From Candidatus Kaiserbacteria bacterium (GTDB lineage Bacteria; Patescibacteriota; Minisyncoccia; Phycocordibacterales; Phycocordibacteraceae), in the NCBI GenBank assembly GCA_963813065.1, contig CAWEXP010000002.1, forward strand, positions 1 through 63,334: a stretch of DNA of 63,334 bases. The letters are read 5' to 3'. Both the position numbers and the translations under genes were made by a program. This document shows positions 10,077 to 20,443 of the stretch, in pieces (within the stretch, counting starts at the first letter, position 1; each line of letters opens with the position of its first letter). The notes below the pieces were generated by a model that saw only the letters and a list, made by a program, of their open reading frames with translations, had not been told where the DNA came from and did not search any database.

Positions 10077-10961
10077 TTATGAGCCCTCATGAGGCCACTG
10101 GCCGCGCGCGACCATGTTGACTGAAGTAATGTGTGCCTTTGAGACAAGCGTGGAAACTATCGCCTCCCCAACTGCAGATGGTGGCATGAAGAACAAGCCC
10201 GTTTGTGAGTAATCATAGCCATAACTTTTCCCAATCATCAGAACGGTCTCTTGCACTGTTTTTGAGTCATACATGCCCGTATCGCAACCACCTGGACGGA
10301 TGTCAGTAATGAAAATCCGTTCCTTATCCAATTCAATCATCGCGGCGTTCGCGAAACGGCTGATAGCCCCTTTCGCGGCCATGTGCATGCTGCCAGAAAT
10401 TATCGAGCGGACGGCACTCATGGAGGAAATAATGCAAATGCGAGTTTCCTTCTGCTTTCGAAAACGCGGTAGGAGTAGCTTAAGGAACGTAATTGTGTTT
10501 TTAAGTACAGACAATTCTGCCTCTACTAATTCCTCGGACAGATCGTCAATTTTGAGATATGGATTGTCGTCCTTCAACTGCACTGTTCCCGCGCCAAGCC
10601 CGACCGACTGCACCCAATACAGTGGAATGTTATTAGGGATAGATTCTGCCAATTCTTTCAGAGCCATGATGTCACTCAAATCAACAGCCGAACATTCGAC
10701 TTTCGCGGTTGGTACAGCCTGCTCTATCCACTTTTTCACGATGTCTAGCTTGCTTTGAGTTCGAGCAACCAGCCGGACAACGGCACCCGCTCTCGCACAC
10801 TCCAAAGCAGTGGCCGCTCCTATGTTTGCCTTGTATTCTTTACCCTCAAAAGTTATGGCCGTATGTGACGGCTCTCCGGTCGTAATGTCCCTAAACACAA
10901 ACTCCACAGGCTTAATGCCCACTCCGGTTATGAGAACCCTTTTGCCAGCAAGGTTTTCCAT
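10077..10961 (-). CDS. Short-chain dehydrogenase/reductase (atypical insertion in the Rossmann loop)
   Basis: RVLITG...NIGAATA, VRLVAR, IISSMSA, HMAAKGAI (YxxxK-like), IRPGGCDT. Confidence 0.75.
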   Translation of the reverse strand: MENLAGKRVLITGVGIKPVEFVFRDITTGEPSHTAITFEGKEYKANIGAATALECARAGAVVRLVARTQSKLDIVKKWIEQAVPTAKVECSAVDLSDIMALKELAESIPNNIPLYWVQSVGLGAGTVQLKDDNPYLKIDDLSEELVEAELSVLKNTITFLKLLLPRFRKQKETRICIISSMSAVRSIISGSMHMAAKGAISRFANAAMIELDKERIFITDIRPGGCDTGMYDSKTVQETVLMIGKSYGYDYSQTGLFFMPPSAVGEAIVSTLVSKAHITSVNMVARGQWPHEGS

Positions 10962-11088
10962 ACAGGCAATACTATACCCCTTTAGACTCCCCGTTAAACA
11001 TTAAGAACAAATGATGTAGTATATGAGCCATATTTGGAGCCTTGTGGAAAACTCCCTATAAATCGAAATTATGATATATTGGTTGTAA

Positions 11089-11164
11089 GCAAACCCCCAC
11101 TGTCGCCGAAACCCGTACCACGCGTACGACCCGTCCGTAAGGACTAGGCGCCAGGGGGTTTTGC
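11089..11164 (-). ncRNA. Candidate structured RNA overlapping the DUF3800 3' end
   Basis: Closing stem GCAAAACCCCC/GGGGGTTTGC encloses hairpins GTCC-TTAC-GGAC and CGTAC-GCGTG-GTACG plus a CGCC/GGCG pairing. Strand inferred from the gene. Confidence 0.6.
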
Positions 11165-11902
11165 CTTATCTGACAACTTGAATTCCCAGATATTAAACTT
11201 TTCGCTGCCATAGGAAGTTCTTGATCCGAGATTCGTGATATTAAGACTGGTCTCTAAATGTTCTATTGTCGCTTTTTTAGCATATGCCGAAAGACTGTAG
11301 TTTCCCTGCGCTTCAAACGCATGCCGAACCGCACCGGCCATAATATCCGTTAGTTGCAGAGGAAGAGACGCTTTGGAATCTAGCGACTGAATATCCCGTA
11401 CAGGATTAAATGAACGCAAATCCGTGACCAACGCGGAAGTGTTATTGATTATACGTTTCAATTCCGAAAGGCTTGAATTTTGGCGAATACCTGAAGATAC
11501 ATTGTCATGATAAATGACGTACTTGTCCTTCACGCCAAAAAGTTCTCTGTCTTTCTTGATACTCTTACAAAGCAACTGATACACAAATTTATAATAGCCA
11601 GTCTCCGTATCTCCCCCACTGAATTTCGCATGGTCGATCTTGGTGACATCTAGAACAACACAGCGGAAACGGGCACCTACCGTTTTTAAGAAAACATCGA
11701 GAAACGATAAGTACCCTGCGAGCTTAGTCTTTGAAAGCTTCTTCCATTTCAATTCACGCCTATTGGGAAAATGTGCATCGAGAATCGGTTGGAGTGCGGC
11801 CTCTAGTTTTAATAGGGCCTCATCATTGATCCATAGGCTGCCAATCACCAGATAGTGGCTATCTCCGTGAATACCACTTTCATCGACAAAAACGCGTTGC
11901 AT
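11144..11902 (-). CDS. DUF3800 domain protein (RNase H-like fold, predicted nuclease)
   Basis: N-terminal VFVDESG, RELKW, YHD, C-terminal DSKASLPLQLTDIMAG. Confidence 0.85.
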   Translation of the reverse strand: MQRVFVDESGIHGDSHYLVIGSLWINDEALLKLEAALQPILDAHFPNRRELKWKKLSKTKLAGYLSFLDVFLKTVGARFRCVVLDVTKIDHAKFSGGDTETGYYKFVYQLLCKSIKKDRELFGVKDKYVIYHDNVSSGIRQNSSLSELKRIINNTSALVTDLRSFNPVRDIQSLDSKASLPLQLTDIMAGAVRHAFEAQGNYSLSAYAKKATIEHLETSLNITNLGSRTSYGSEKFNIWEFKLSDKAKPPGA

Positions 11903-12064
11903 CCAAGCTATTCTACTTCATTTACGCGCAGGTTCTAATCTTTTCCTCCAGAAGCGCCTCTAGAGGCCGCACGAGCCACTCGGAGAAATCGAAATAAGCC
12001 AAGGGTGATACTCCTCCATACACCAGAGAATTTCTAATGTTTAATAACGATTTCCACCCACTGT

Positions 12065-12088
12065 AAAAACCGCCCTCGGGCGGTTTTT
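12065..12088. terminator. Bidirectional intrinsic terminator
   Basis: AAAAA-CCGCCC-TC-GGGCGG-TTTTT after the cfa stop. Confidence 0.7.
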
Positions 12089-12090
12089 AC

Positions 12091-13218
12091 TTACCGCACA
12101 CTCACGTAGCCGCCCGGGACGCCTTTTTTCGAAAAGACAATTTGCCAATCGCTGATGAAACGCGCGCGGAACATGCCGGCGCAGATGAGGAGGTAGAACT
12201 TCCACATGCGATAAAACTTCTCGCCATACTTCTCTCGGAGCTCGGGCCACGCCGTATTAAAATTATCGAACCAGGCCATCAGGGTCGCGTCGTAGTCGGC
12301 GCCGAAGTTGTGTACCTCTTCGACAATGAAAAGCCCTTCAACCGCTTTCGTGATTTGCGCGAGCGAAGGGAGCATGCCGTTGGGGAAAATATATTTCTCG
12401 AGCCATGGATCGCCCGTGATGACAGAGGTGTGGTTCCCAATGGTCTGGAGGAGGAAGAGTCCATCGTCCTTGAGGCAGTGCGCCGCGACGTCGAAGTATT
12501 CGCGGAAATTCTTGTACCCTACCGCCTCAAACATTTCTATCGAAACAATGTGGTCGAACTTCTCGTTGAGTGTTCGATAATCTTGCAATCGCAATTCTAT
12601 GGGCAGACCTTTGCACCGTTCTCGCGCGAGCTCAAGTTGCTCTTTAGAAACGGTGATGCCGACCACCGTGGCACCATACTTCGTCGCCGCATATTCGGCG
12701 AAGCCGCCCCAGCCACAACCGATGTCGAGCACACGATCGCCCTTCTTCAATCCTAACTTGCGGCAGATGAGATCGAGCTTGGCCTCTTGCGCTTCGTCGA
12801 GCGTCGTAACCCGCCCCTGCGGAGTATCCCAGTAGGCGCAGGTGTAGATCATGCGTGTATCGAGCATCTTCTCGTAGAGTTCGTTGCCGAGATCGTAATG
12901 CGCCTCGGCAACGTGATGTGCGCGGGCGCGCGACTGCATGTTGAAGAGCCACGCCTTCGCGATCTCGATCAGTTCTGGGAGCGAGAACCGAATAACAGTG
13001 AAGAGATCGGCACAGAGCGCGCGATCGATGAGTTGGTCGAGTGCGGGCGTGTCCCACCACCCTTCCATGTAGGCCTCGCCGAGACCCAGAGAGCCCTGGG
13101 AGAGCACGCGGCCATAGACGCGCTCATCATGCACCTGGATATCCCACGGGCGCTCTCCGCCGATCTGTATATCGGCCTTGGCGAGTAATTTCTCTACGAC
13201 GCTACGAGCGGACGCCAT
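12091..13218 (-). CDS. cfa: Cyclopropane-fatty-acyl-phospholipid synthase
   Basis: LGLGEAYMEGWWD, HYDLGNELY, VLDIGCGWGG, VSIEMFEAVG, KYIFPNG. Confidence 0.95.
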   Translation of the reverse strand: MASARSVVEKLLAKADIQIGGERPWDIQVHDERVYGRVLSQGSLGLGEAYMEGWWDTPALDQLIDRALCADLFTVIRFSLPELIEIAKAWLFNMQSRARAHHVAEAHYDLGNELYEKMLDTRMIYTCAYWDTPQGRVTTLDEAQEAKLDLICRKLGLKKGDRVLDIGCGWGGFAEYAATKYGATVVGITVSKEQLELARERCKGLPIELRLQDYRTLNEKFDHIVSIEMFEAVGYKNFREYFDVAAHCLKDDGLFLLQTIGNHTSVITGDPWLEKYIFPNGMLPSLAQITKAVEGLFIVEEVHNFGADYDATLMAWFDNFNTAWPELREKYGEKFYRMWKFYLLICAGMFRARFISDWQIVFSKKGVPGGYVSVR

Positions 13219-13255
13219 GAGTGAAATAGTAGCGAGGTGATTGTAAAAAGCAAGA

Positions 13256-15058
13256 CTACCCGCGGCGCGCTTTGGCACGTTCGTTCTCGTTCAAATATTG
13301 TTTGCGCAGGCGCACGTTGTGCGGCGTGATTTCGAGATATTCGTCGTCGGCCATAATTTCCAAGCCACGCTCAATCGAGAGGTCAAAGGTCGGCACGAGT
13401 ACGATGGCCTCGTCGGTGCCGCTCGAACGCACGTTCGACTGATTCTTGCCCTTGGTCGGATTCACCATCATCTCCTCGCCCTTGCTTGTATTGCCGATCA
13501 CCATGCCCTCGTAGACCTCAGTCGCGGGCTTGATGTAGAGCTGGCCGCGATCTTGAAGGGTCCACAAGGAATAGCCGAGCGACTTGCCCGACGCCATCGA
13601 AATCATAGAGCCGACTTGGCGTTTCTTGATCTCGCCTGCATACGGCTTGAATCCGACGAAGCGCGACGAGAGGATACCCTCGCCCTTGGTGTCGATAATA
13701 AATTGGTTCTTGTAGCCGAGGAGTCCGCGCGTCGGGCCGAGGAGGGTGAGGCGCACACCACCGCTCTCGGGGCGTAAATCTTGGAGCACGAATGCGCGCT
13801 GGCCCAGCTTCTCGATGATGGCACCTTGGAACTCGGCGGGCGTGTCGATGATCGCCTCTTCAAACGGCTCGAGCTTCTCGCCATTCTCTTCACGGAAAAT
13901 AACGTGCGGCTGGGAGACTTGCATCTCGTAACCCTCGCGGCGCATATTCTCGAGCAAGACCGCGACGTGGAGCTCGCCACGACCCGAGACCTTGAAGGAG
14001 TCGGCGCGCTCGAAGTCGACCTTCAGCCCGACGTTCACCTCGAGCTCCTTCTCGAGTCGCTCGCGGAGCTGGCGATTGGTCACATACTTCCCCTCTCGCC
14101 CAGCGAAGGGCGAATTGTTGACGAGGAAATTAAGCGTGATGGTCGGCTCGTCGACGGCGATAGCGGGAAGCGGTGTCGCATCGGCGTTGGTGGTGATGGT
14201 TTCGCCGATGTAGATGTCGGGCAATCCAGCGATGAGCGCGATGTCGCCCGCCCCCGCTTCGCTCGCTTCGATGCGATCGAGTCCTTTGAACGTAAATACT
14301 TTCGTGGTGCGACCAGTGGCGGTCGAACCGTCAACCTTTTTAAGAAATACCGTTTGGTTCGGCTTCACGGTGCCTTCATAAATACGCACCACGCCCATGC
14401 GGCCCATGAAATTGTCGTAGGCGAGATTGAAAGGTTGCATCATCAGCGCAACACCATCGGTCGCTTTCGACGCGGAAGGCACATGCGCAAGAATCGTATC
14501 CAAAAGTGGCATCAGATCGCGCGAGGAGCCGCCCTTGCTCGGCATATCGGCGAGCGCCGTCGCGGCGACGCCGTCGCGACCGATCGCGTAGACAACCGGA
14601 AAGTCTGACTGCTCATCGGTGGCGCCGAGCTCGAGGAAGAGTTCGAGCACTTGCTCCTCCGCGCGCGCCGGATCGGCCGCGGGCTTGTCTATTTTATTGA
14701 TAACGACAATCGGCTTGAGCCCGAGCTCGAGCGACTTCTTGAGCACGAAGCGCGTCTGCGGCATCGGCCCCTCCTGGGCGTCGACGACGAGCAAAACCGA
14801 GTCAATCGAGCGAAGCACGCGCTCGACCTCAGAGCCGAAGTCCGCGTGGCCCGGCGTGTCGACGATGTTGATCTTCGTTCCCTTATATTCCACTGCGGCG
14901 TTCTTGGCATAGATGGTGATACCACGCTCGCGCTCGAGATCGTTGGAGTCCATCGAGACACCCTCGACCGCCGCACCGGTCTGGCGCAGTAAGGCATCGG
15001 TCAAGGTCGTCTTGCCGTGGTCGACGTGCGCGATGATGGCGATGTTGCGGATTTCCAT
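13256..15058 (-). CDS. typA: Translational GTPase TypA/BipA
   Basis: [50 protein letters not shown]. Confidence 0.97.
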   Translation of the reverse strand: MEIRNIAIIAHVDHGKTTLTDALLRQTGAAVEGVSMDSNDLERERGITIYAKNAAVEYKGTKINIVDTPGHADFGSEVERVLRSIDSVLLVVDAQEGPMPQTRFVLKKSLELGLKPIVVINKIDKPAADPARAEEQVLELFLELGATDEQSDFPVVYAIGRDGVAATALADMPSKGGSSRDLMPLLDTILAHVPSASKATDGVALMMQPFNLAYDNFMGRMGVVRIYEGTVKPNQTVFLKKVDGSTATGRTTKVFTFKGLDRIEASEAGAGDIALIAGLPDIYIGETITTNADATPLPAIAVDEPTITLNFLVNNSPFAGREGKYVTNRQLRERLEKELEVNVGLKVDFERADSFKVSGRGELHVAVLLENMRREGYEMQVSQPHVIFREENGEKLEPFEEAIIDTPAEFQGAIIEKLGQRAFVLQDLRPESGGVRLTLLGPTRGLLGYKNQFIIDTKGEGILSSRFVGFKPYAGEIKKRQVGSMISMASGKSLGYSLWTLQDRGQLYIKPATEVYEGMVIGNTSKGEEMMVNPTKGKNQSNVRSSGTDEAIVLVPTFDLSIERGLEIMADDEYLEITPHNVRLRKQYLNENERAKARRG

Positions 15059-15168
15059 GAAATAAAAAAGCCCGTCGGGCTGATGCGATTGAATATAGCA
15101 CGAAATGAAGGCAGTGCAAAGCGCCGCGATGATGCTAAGCTGGGTGACGGATGAAAAGGAATCCAGCA

Positions 15169-15738
15169 ATGAGACCGAGAATCGCCGTGTTGGTATCGGG
15201 AAGCGGGACGCTCCTCGAGGCGATGGTGCGCGACCATTTGCCGATAGACCTTGTTATCGCCGACCGCCACTGTCGCGGATTGGATGAAGTCGCGGTGCAG
15301 GCGAATCTGAATGCGCTCCTCATCGAGCGTACCGACTACACTCCCCAATTCGATCGCGATGCGTTTACAGAGCTGTTTCTCCGCGCATTCCACGACAACG
15401 ATATCGATATCGTCGTGATGGCCGGATTCATGACGGTATTTGCGGCGCTGATGTTCGGTATCCACGGATATCGTAATCGCATACTAAACACGCATCCATC
15501 GCTCTTGCCAAAATATAAGGGCGCGCACGCCGTCCGCGACGCCTTCGAGGATGGTGCGACGGTGACAGGCTGTACCGTCCACCTCGCGACTCCTGAGCTC
15601 GACGCAGGCAGAATCCTCGCGCAACGCGAAGTGCCCATTCTCCCGGGCGACACCGTTGAGACTTTGCACGAGCGCATCAAGAAAGAAGAGCGCGTGCTCT
15701 ATCCAAAGACCATCCGCGAATTCGCACGCACCCTATAA
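15169..15738 (+). CDS. purN: Phosphoribosylglycinamide formyltransferase
   Basis: IAVLVSGSGT, AGFM, NTHPSLLPKYKG, TGCTVH, LDAG. Confidence 0.93.
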   Translation: MRPRIAVLVSGSGTLLEAMVRDHLPIDLVIADRHCRGLDEVAVQANLNALLIERTDYTPQFDRDAFTELFLRAFHDNDIDIVVMAGFMTVFAALMFGIHGYRNRILNTHPSLLPKYKGAHAVRDAFEDGATVTGCTVHLATPELDAGRILAQREVPILPGDTVETLHERIKKEERVLYPKTIREFARTL

Positions 15739-15765
15739 CCGTACCGCCGCCCTCGGGCGGCTTTT

Positions 15766-16638
15766 TTATTGGAGGAAGGTAAAGCTCTGCGCAACCTGAT
15801 CGAGTGTGGCGGTGAGTGGCGCTTCGTCGAAGCGAGTCACGGCACCCGGCGGATAATTCTCGAAGACTGAGTAGTGAATCGTGTATTCAATCGCCCAGCA
15901 CTGATTATCGCGGATAGTGCGGTAGCTCTCGGTGTCGTAGCGATTCCCTGCTCCAGCATCGCCATAGGAAACTTTCTGATACGCGACGCCATTAATCGTG
16001 ACCGGCGTCGAGGAACTGACGGGGCCGCCCGCAGGATACGAGAGGCACGTCGCAACGGCAGAAGGATCTGCGCTTGTGCCGACGGTGAACTTCGCATCGC
16101 CGAAGTTGGTGCCGGGCACGTACGACTTCGGGATGTCGATCTCGGCGAGAAGCATGCCGGTGGTCGTCGCCTGCTCGGACCAGCTCTGGGTGTAGCCGTC
16201 GGTATTACCGAAAAGCGAGAATGCGCTCGGGAAACTGAAAGAGAATGTTTGGGACTGATCAGTAAATGTCTGCAGACCGTTCGCCGCGCTCATCCTGCCT
16301 GCGACACAATTTGCAAAAGTGGTCGCAGTATTCTCGGTGATAAATGCGGTGTCGCCTTCGTTCCAGAAAACGATGTCACTCGCCGTAGTCGAGGCCTCGT
16401 AGCGCGCGCCCGAACCAGAGATTGTTTGCGGGAGAGAAAGCGAGCGACCGTCAGAAAGCGCGAGCGCAACCGAGCCAGTGGAGAATGTTGCGCCGATAGT
16501 TTTTCCTTGTGCGCAATAGAACGTCGCGAGCGTCGGCGCGCCCGGCGCATGACCTCGATCGGTCTGCCAAAGGAACAGGGCGCCGAGTGCCAGCACGAGC
16601 ACGACGGGAACGATGAGGAGAAGGGCATGTTGTTTCAT
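15766..16638 (-). CDS. Membrane-anchored protein with MliC/PliC lysozyme-inhibitor-like domain
   Basis: N-terminal TM helix; FYCAQGKTI, LPQTISGSGARY, FWNEGDTAF..C. Confidence 0.75.
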   Translation of the reverse strand: MKQHALLLIVPVVLVLALGALFLWQTDRGHAPGAPTLATFYCAQGKTIGATFSTGSVALALSDGRSLSLPQTISGSGARYEASTTASDIVFWNEGDTAFITENTATTFANCVAGRMSAANGLQTFTDQSQTFSFSFPSAFSLFGNTDGYTQSWSEQATTTGMLLAEIDIPKSYVPGTNFGDAKFTVGTSADPSAVATCLSYPAGGPVSSSTPVTINGVAYQKVSYGDAGAGNRYDTESYRTIRDNQCWAIEYTIHYSVFENYPPGAVTRFDEAPLTATLDQVAQSFTFLQ

Positions 16639-16690
16639 ACGTGCCATTCTACCATTGTGTACAGAAAAGCGGCGCCCGTGCGCCGCTCGA

Positions 16691-17173
16691 TTATTTTATG
16701 ATGATGGTTGTGTGATCGAGACCGTTGATACGCACGAGATAGTAGAACGTCTCGGCGTTCGCCGTCTCGAGCCGGACACAGCCGTGACTCGCGCGCGTGC
16801 CGAGGAGCGGCACTTCGCTCACGGGGATGCCGTGCACCGCACGATTGCCATCGAAGAAGACGGCGAAATACATCGGCGCATGGTGGTATTTGTGCGAATA
16901 GTGCACAAGCTCGGGCGGAGACGTGGGGTGGAAGACCCCAGCTCGCGTACTATTCAACGAGCGGCCCGTCGAGACGTCCCACACTTCGGTGAGCACGCCA
17001 TCGATCGATACCGTTATCTTCTGTGTCGCGCGATCAACAACAGCGACGATCTGGGCCGGTCGTGTCATCGACGCGAGCCAATCGCGGTCGAGCGTCGCCT
17101 CGTCGGCCGCCTGCACCGCACTGCTCATCAGAAGTGTCGTGGCAACCGCAAAAAATAAAGAGCGTATACGCAT
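16691..17173 (-). CDS. L,D-transpeptidase (YkuD family)
   Basis: Signal peptide; VSTG, AVHG...ASHGCVRL catalytic motif. Confidence 0.9.
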   Translation of the reverse strand: MRIRSLFFAVATTLLMSSAVQAADEATLDRDWLASMTRPAQIVAVVDRATQKITVSIDGVLTEVWDVSTGRSLNSTRAGVFHPTSPPELVHYSHKYHHAPMYFAVFFDGNRAVHGIPVSEVPLLGTRASHGCVRLETANAETFYYLVRINGLDHTTIIIK

Positions 17174-17262
17174 CAGAAGCTCCCTGGGGCGTTTTCTGCA
17201 CTCAAGCCTAGCATGGACGCGACGTGTCAAAAGCGATACCCTGCGCACAGAAGGAGTTCGCC

Positions 17263-17493
17263 ATGCCGACGAAGAAACAGTATCGCGTGATAAATGAATC
17301 GGGGAAAACAGTGCTCACCAGCGTGCCGGGCGAATTCGCCGGATGGAACGGTGGCCGACCCGGCCGTCTGATTTACGGTCGTCTCGACTGCAAGAGCGGT
17401 ATGCGGATGAAGAAAGAAAATCGCGTCTTCTTCAAGAATCGCCAAGCGGCACTCAACGCCGGCTACCGCGCGTGCAAAAACTGCAAACCTTAA
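17263..17493 (+). CDS. Stand-alone Ada metal-binding-like domain protein
   Basis: AAGGAG RBS; IYGRLDCKS...RVFF...ALNAGYRACKNCKP. The first Cys of the Ada CxxxC is replaced by Gly. Confidence 0.8.
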   Translation: MPTKKQYRVINESGKTVLTSVPGEFAGWNGGRPGRLIYGRLDCKSGMRMKKENRVFFKNRQAALNAGYRACKNCKP

Positions 17494-17547
17494 TTGAGCA
17501 ACACCTGGTGTTGAACAAAAAGCCCCGACCGAGTCGGGGCTGATTTT

Positions 17548-17961
17548 TTAATTAAGCAATAGTCCGCACAGAAGTGCCCCGCCCCAGGAGAGACCTGAGA
17601 CGGCGCCGGAGATGAGGAGTGGGAGGCGTTCGCGAGTAAAAAGCGACGCCCACGAGCGCGTCGCGGCAACCTCGGTAAATTTCCCGATCAAGAATCCGTT
17701 CACGATGAGTGCGAGAACGAAAACCATTTTCACGATGAAGTCAGTCTGCGCGAGGTAGTAACTCGGCTCGCGGGAGAAGAGGAGCGCGCCGGAGAGGATG
17801 ATGCAGACGAGTCCGAGACTGACGAGGTTGTGGAGTTTCTTCAATTTCTCGTGCGGAATCGTTTCTTTCTTCCCCCGTATCCAGAGGAACCCTTGCTCGT
17901 CGGAGTAGAGCACGACGGCGCCGGTCGCGAGAACGAAGAGCACATGGAGCCCCGTCAGCAT
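17548..17961 (-). CDS. Hypothetical membrane protein
   Basis: About four hydrophobic segments. Confidence 0.6.
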   Translation of the reverse strand: MLTGLHVLFVLATGAVVLYSDEQGFLWIRGKKETIPHEKLKKLHNLVSLGLVCIILSGALLFSREPSYYLAQTDFIVKMVFVLALIVNGFLIGKFTEVAATRSWASLFTRERLPLLISGAVSGLSWGGALLCGLLLN

Positions 17962-17984
17962 GATTTCAGTATATACTAGTCCGC

Positions 17985-18719
17985 ATGCCTACAACGGTTG
18001 GCGACCTCGCTATCGCGCTCGTCATACCGGCGCACAACGAAGAAAAGAGCATCGGCGAATGTCTCTCCGCTGTGCACCAGCACGCGCCTGGGCGCTTCAA
18101 AGAGATTGTCGTCATCGACAACGCCTCGACCGACCAGACCGCCGAGGCGGCACTGCGCTGGCCCGGCGTGCGCGTTGTCCGCGAAGAGCGGAAAGGCACC
18201 GGCTTCGCCCGCGATCGCGGCTGGCGCGAGACGAGTACGCCGCTCGTCGCCTACCTCGACGCCGACACGCGCCTGCGCGCCGGCTGGGTCGAGCGCGTGC
18301 TCGAACATTTTACAAATGATCCGCAGACGGTCTGCGTCTCGGGCCCGTACTGGTACTACGATCTCTCGCCCACTGCACGCACCCTGCTCTGGGGCGGGAG
18401 CGCGTTCGGGCTCCCTTTGCACTGGCTCCTCGGGAGCATGGTGATCGGCGGCAATTTCGCGATACGTCGCGACACGCTCGAGAAAATGGGCGGCATGGAC
18501 ACCTCGATCGTCTTCCATGGCGACGACACCGACATCGGTCGGCGCGCGCATGCGCTCGGCCGCGTGCGATTCAGCTTCGCGCTCACGCTCGACTCCTCGG
18601 GTCGCCGGTACAAAAAATTCGGCACGCTCCGCACGCACAATTTATATATAAAAAATCAAATCGCGAGCGCCTTCGGCCTACGATCCTGGTTCACCAAAGG
18701 GTATAACGAGGTGCGCTAG
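17985..18719 (+). CDS. Glycosyltransferase family 2
   Basis: VIPAHNEE, VIDNASTD, ARDRG, YLDAD, GGNFAIRR, GDDTD. Confidence 0.92.
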   Translation: MPTTVGDLAIALVIPAHNEEKSIGECLSAVHQHAPGRFKEIVVIDNASTDQTAEAALRWPGVRVVREERKGTGFARDRGWRETSTPLVAYLDADTRLRAGWVERVLEHFTNDPQTVCVSGPYWYYDLSPTARTLLWGGSAFGLPLHWLLGSMVIGGNFAIRRDTLEKMGGMDTSIVFHGDDTDIGRRAHALGRVRFSFALTLDSSGRRYKKFGTLRTHNLYIKNQIASAFGLRSWFTKGYNEVR

Positions 18720-19307
18720 CTACCACTCGCGCGCCGCGAGCTTTTTAAGCGCATACCGCGTCGCGAAGGCCACGCAGATGAAGCCCGCGATGACGAAGGC
18801 CCACCGCACCGAGAGTGGCACGAAGTCCGAGATATTGCCGAAATAGAATCCGATGGCGATTGGGATTAGCGCCCAGACGAGCTCGCCCGCGAGATTGATA
18901 CCGAGGTAGCGCCAGAAGGGCACACGCGTCATCCCCGCCACCGCGAGCACGCCAATCGCCACGCCGAAGCCCATCGTGAGTTTCGAAATAATGAGAATGC
19001 GTTCGTGCCATTCGAGGAAGCGCACTTCGAGCCGGTCGACGATATCCTGGGTCACGCCGAAGTGGTAGCCATACCGCATGAGGAAGGGTCGCGCGCCGAT
19101 GCGGCCGATCCAGTACCAGCCAATATCGCCGACGATGTCCGCGCTAACCACCGTCAAGTAGACGGGAAAGAATTCGAGCTGATTGATATGGACAAGGTAT
19201 CCCGCCGCCACCATGACGAGCGGACTCCCGAAGAGCGTACCCACGAAGAGTAAGGCATAACGCGAGACGCCGACGAGGCCGATGATGCTAGCGAGGAGCC
19301 CGTGCAT
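18720..19307 (-). CDS. DedA/VTT family membrane protein
   Basis: DIVGDIGWYWIGR, ISKLTMGFG, AGMTRVPFWRY. Confidence 0.85.
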   Translation of the reverse strand: MHGLLASIIGLVGVSRYALLFVGTLFGSPLVMVAAGYLVHINQLEFFPVYLTVVSADIVGDIGWYWIGRIGARPFLMRYGYHFGVTQDIVDRLEVRFLEWHERILIISKLTMGFGVAIGVLAVAGMTRVPFWRYLGINLAGELVWALIPIAIGFYFGNISDFVPLSVRWAFVIAGFICVAFATRYALKKLAAREW

Positions 19308-19344
19308 GAATTAAGAGATTGTAACACCAAAAGAAAAGCCGCCC

Positions 19345-19788
19345 CTAGTGGGGCGGTGCAAGCAATTTGTCTCGATATTTGCCGAAGAAGATCGGCCACT
19401 GCGAATGCATGGGGCTCGGCAATAGGTCGAGCTTGAACCAGCAGAGGGTAACCGCCTTGTGCGGTTCACCATTCCGCACCTGCGCGCGATCGAGCCGGAC
19501 CTTGAAGTCGAGCGCAATCCAGTGCGTCGGCACGCCGTCGAGCACACGATGCACATCGCGGTACCCGAGCGCTTCGAGCGCGAGCACGTCGGCGCAGTAT
19601 TCTTCCTTAATCTCTTTACGTACCGTGTCTTCGACCGTGTCGCCGAATTCGAGGCCACCGCCGCCGGGGTCCCAGGTGCCGTGCTCGTCGCGGCACTCGC
19701 GACTCCGTTTCGAGAAGAGATAGTTCCCTGCGCCGTCGTGACAGGCGAAGACGACTGACACGCCGGGATACTCTATACCTTTCCGCAT
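19345..19788 (-). CDS. Nudix hydrolase
   Basis: Nudix box GGGLEFGDTVEDTVRKEIKEEY. Confidence 0.9.
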   Translation of the reverse strand: MRKGIEYPGVSVVFACHDGAGNYLFSKRSRECRDEHGTWDPGGGGLEFGDTVEDTVRKEIKEEYCADVLALEALGYRDVHRVLDGVPTHWIALDFKVRLDRAQVRNGEPHKAVTLCWFKLDLLPSPMHSQWPIFFGKYRDKLLAPPH

Positions 19789-19857
19789 ATGCTACTCCTG
19801 TGTGCTACCTGGCCCGAGTATACCGCGAGGAAAAGGCGATGCGCTACCATCGAAAAT

Positions 19858-20433
19858 ATGTTGTCATTTGTCCAAGTATTTTTCGCCATCTTCGGCGTCA
19901 TGGATCCGGTCGGGAATGTTCCCTTCTTCCTCGCCTTCTCGAGCTCAGCAAATGCACGCGAGAAGCGCGCCTTCGCGCGCTCGGCGATTCTCTATGCCGG
20001 CGGCATCCTCGTCATCTTCATGTTCCTCGGCAACGCGATTCTCAACGTGTTCCAGATCTCGATGGTGAGCTTCCGCATCGCGGGCGGCATCGCGCTTATC
20101 CTCATCGGCTTAGAGATGCTCCTCGGCATCAATTTCAATTCGAACAAAGAGAGTGCCGAGCCAGAGGGCACGTTGAACATCATGCCACTCGCCACGCCGC
20201 TCATCGCCGGGCCGGGCACGATCAGCATCGTGATTATCCTCGCAAAAGAGTACGGCTACGCGCTCTGCCTCGCGGGCATCGTGAGCGACTTACTCCTCAG
20301 CTATGTCCTCTTCCGCCTCGCGCCGTATATCGTGAAGGTTATCGGGAAGAAGGAGATGGCCGTCTTCGCGAACATGATGGGCCTCATCCTCGTCGCTATC
20401 GGCGTCGAGCTTATCCGCCAAGCGTTCCTCTAG
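19858..20433 (+). CDS. MarC family membrane protein
   Basis: VMDPVGNVPFF, FRIAGGI, PLATPLIAGPGTI. Confidence 0.92.
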   Translation: MLSFVQVFFAIFGVMDPVGNVPFFLAFSSSANAREKRAFARSAILYAGGILVIFMFLGNAILNVFQISMVSFRIAGGIALILIGLEMLLGINFNSNKESAEPEGTLNIMPLATPLIAGPGTISIVIILAKEYGYALCLAGIVSDLLLSYVLFRLAPYIVKVIGKKEMAVFANMMGLILVAIGVELIRQAFL

Positions 20434-20443
20434 CGAGAGATTA

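Noticed and set aside
12091-13218. cfa, and the scattered purN/guaB/pyrG, as novel metabolism for CPR
   Set aside because: These genes are commonly seen in Parcubacteria-type genomes and are not distinctive here.
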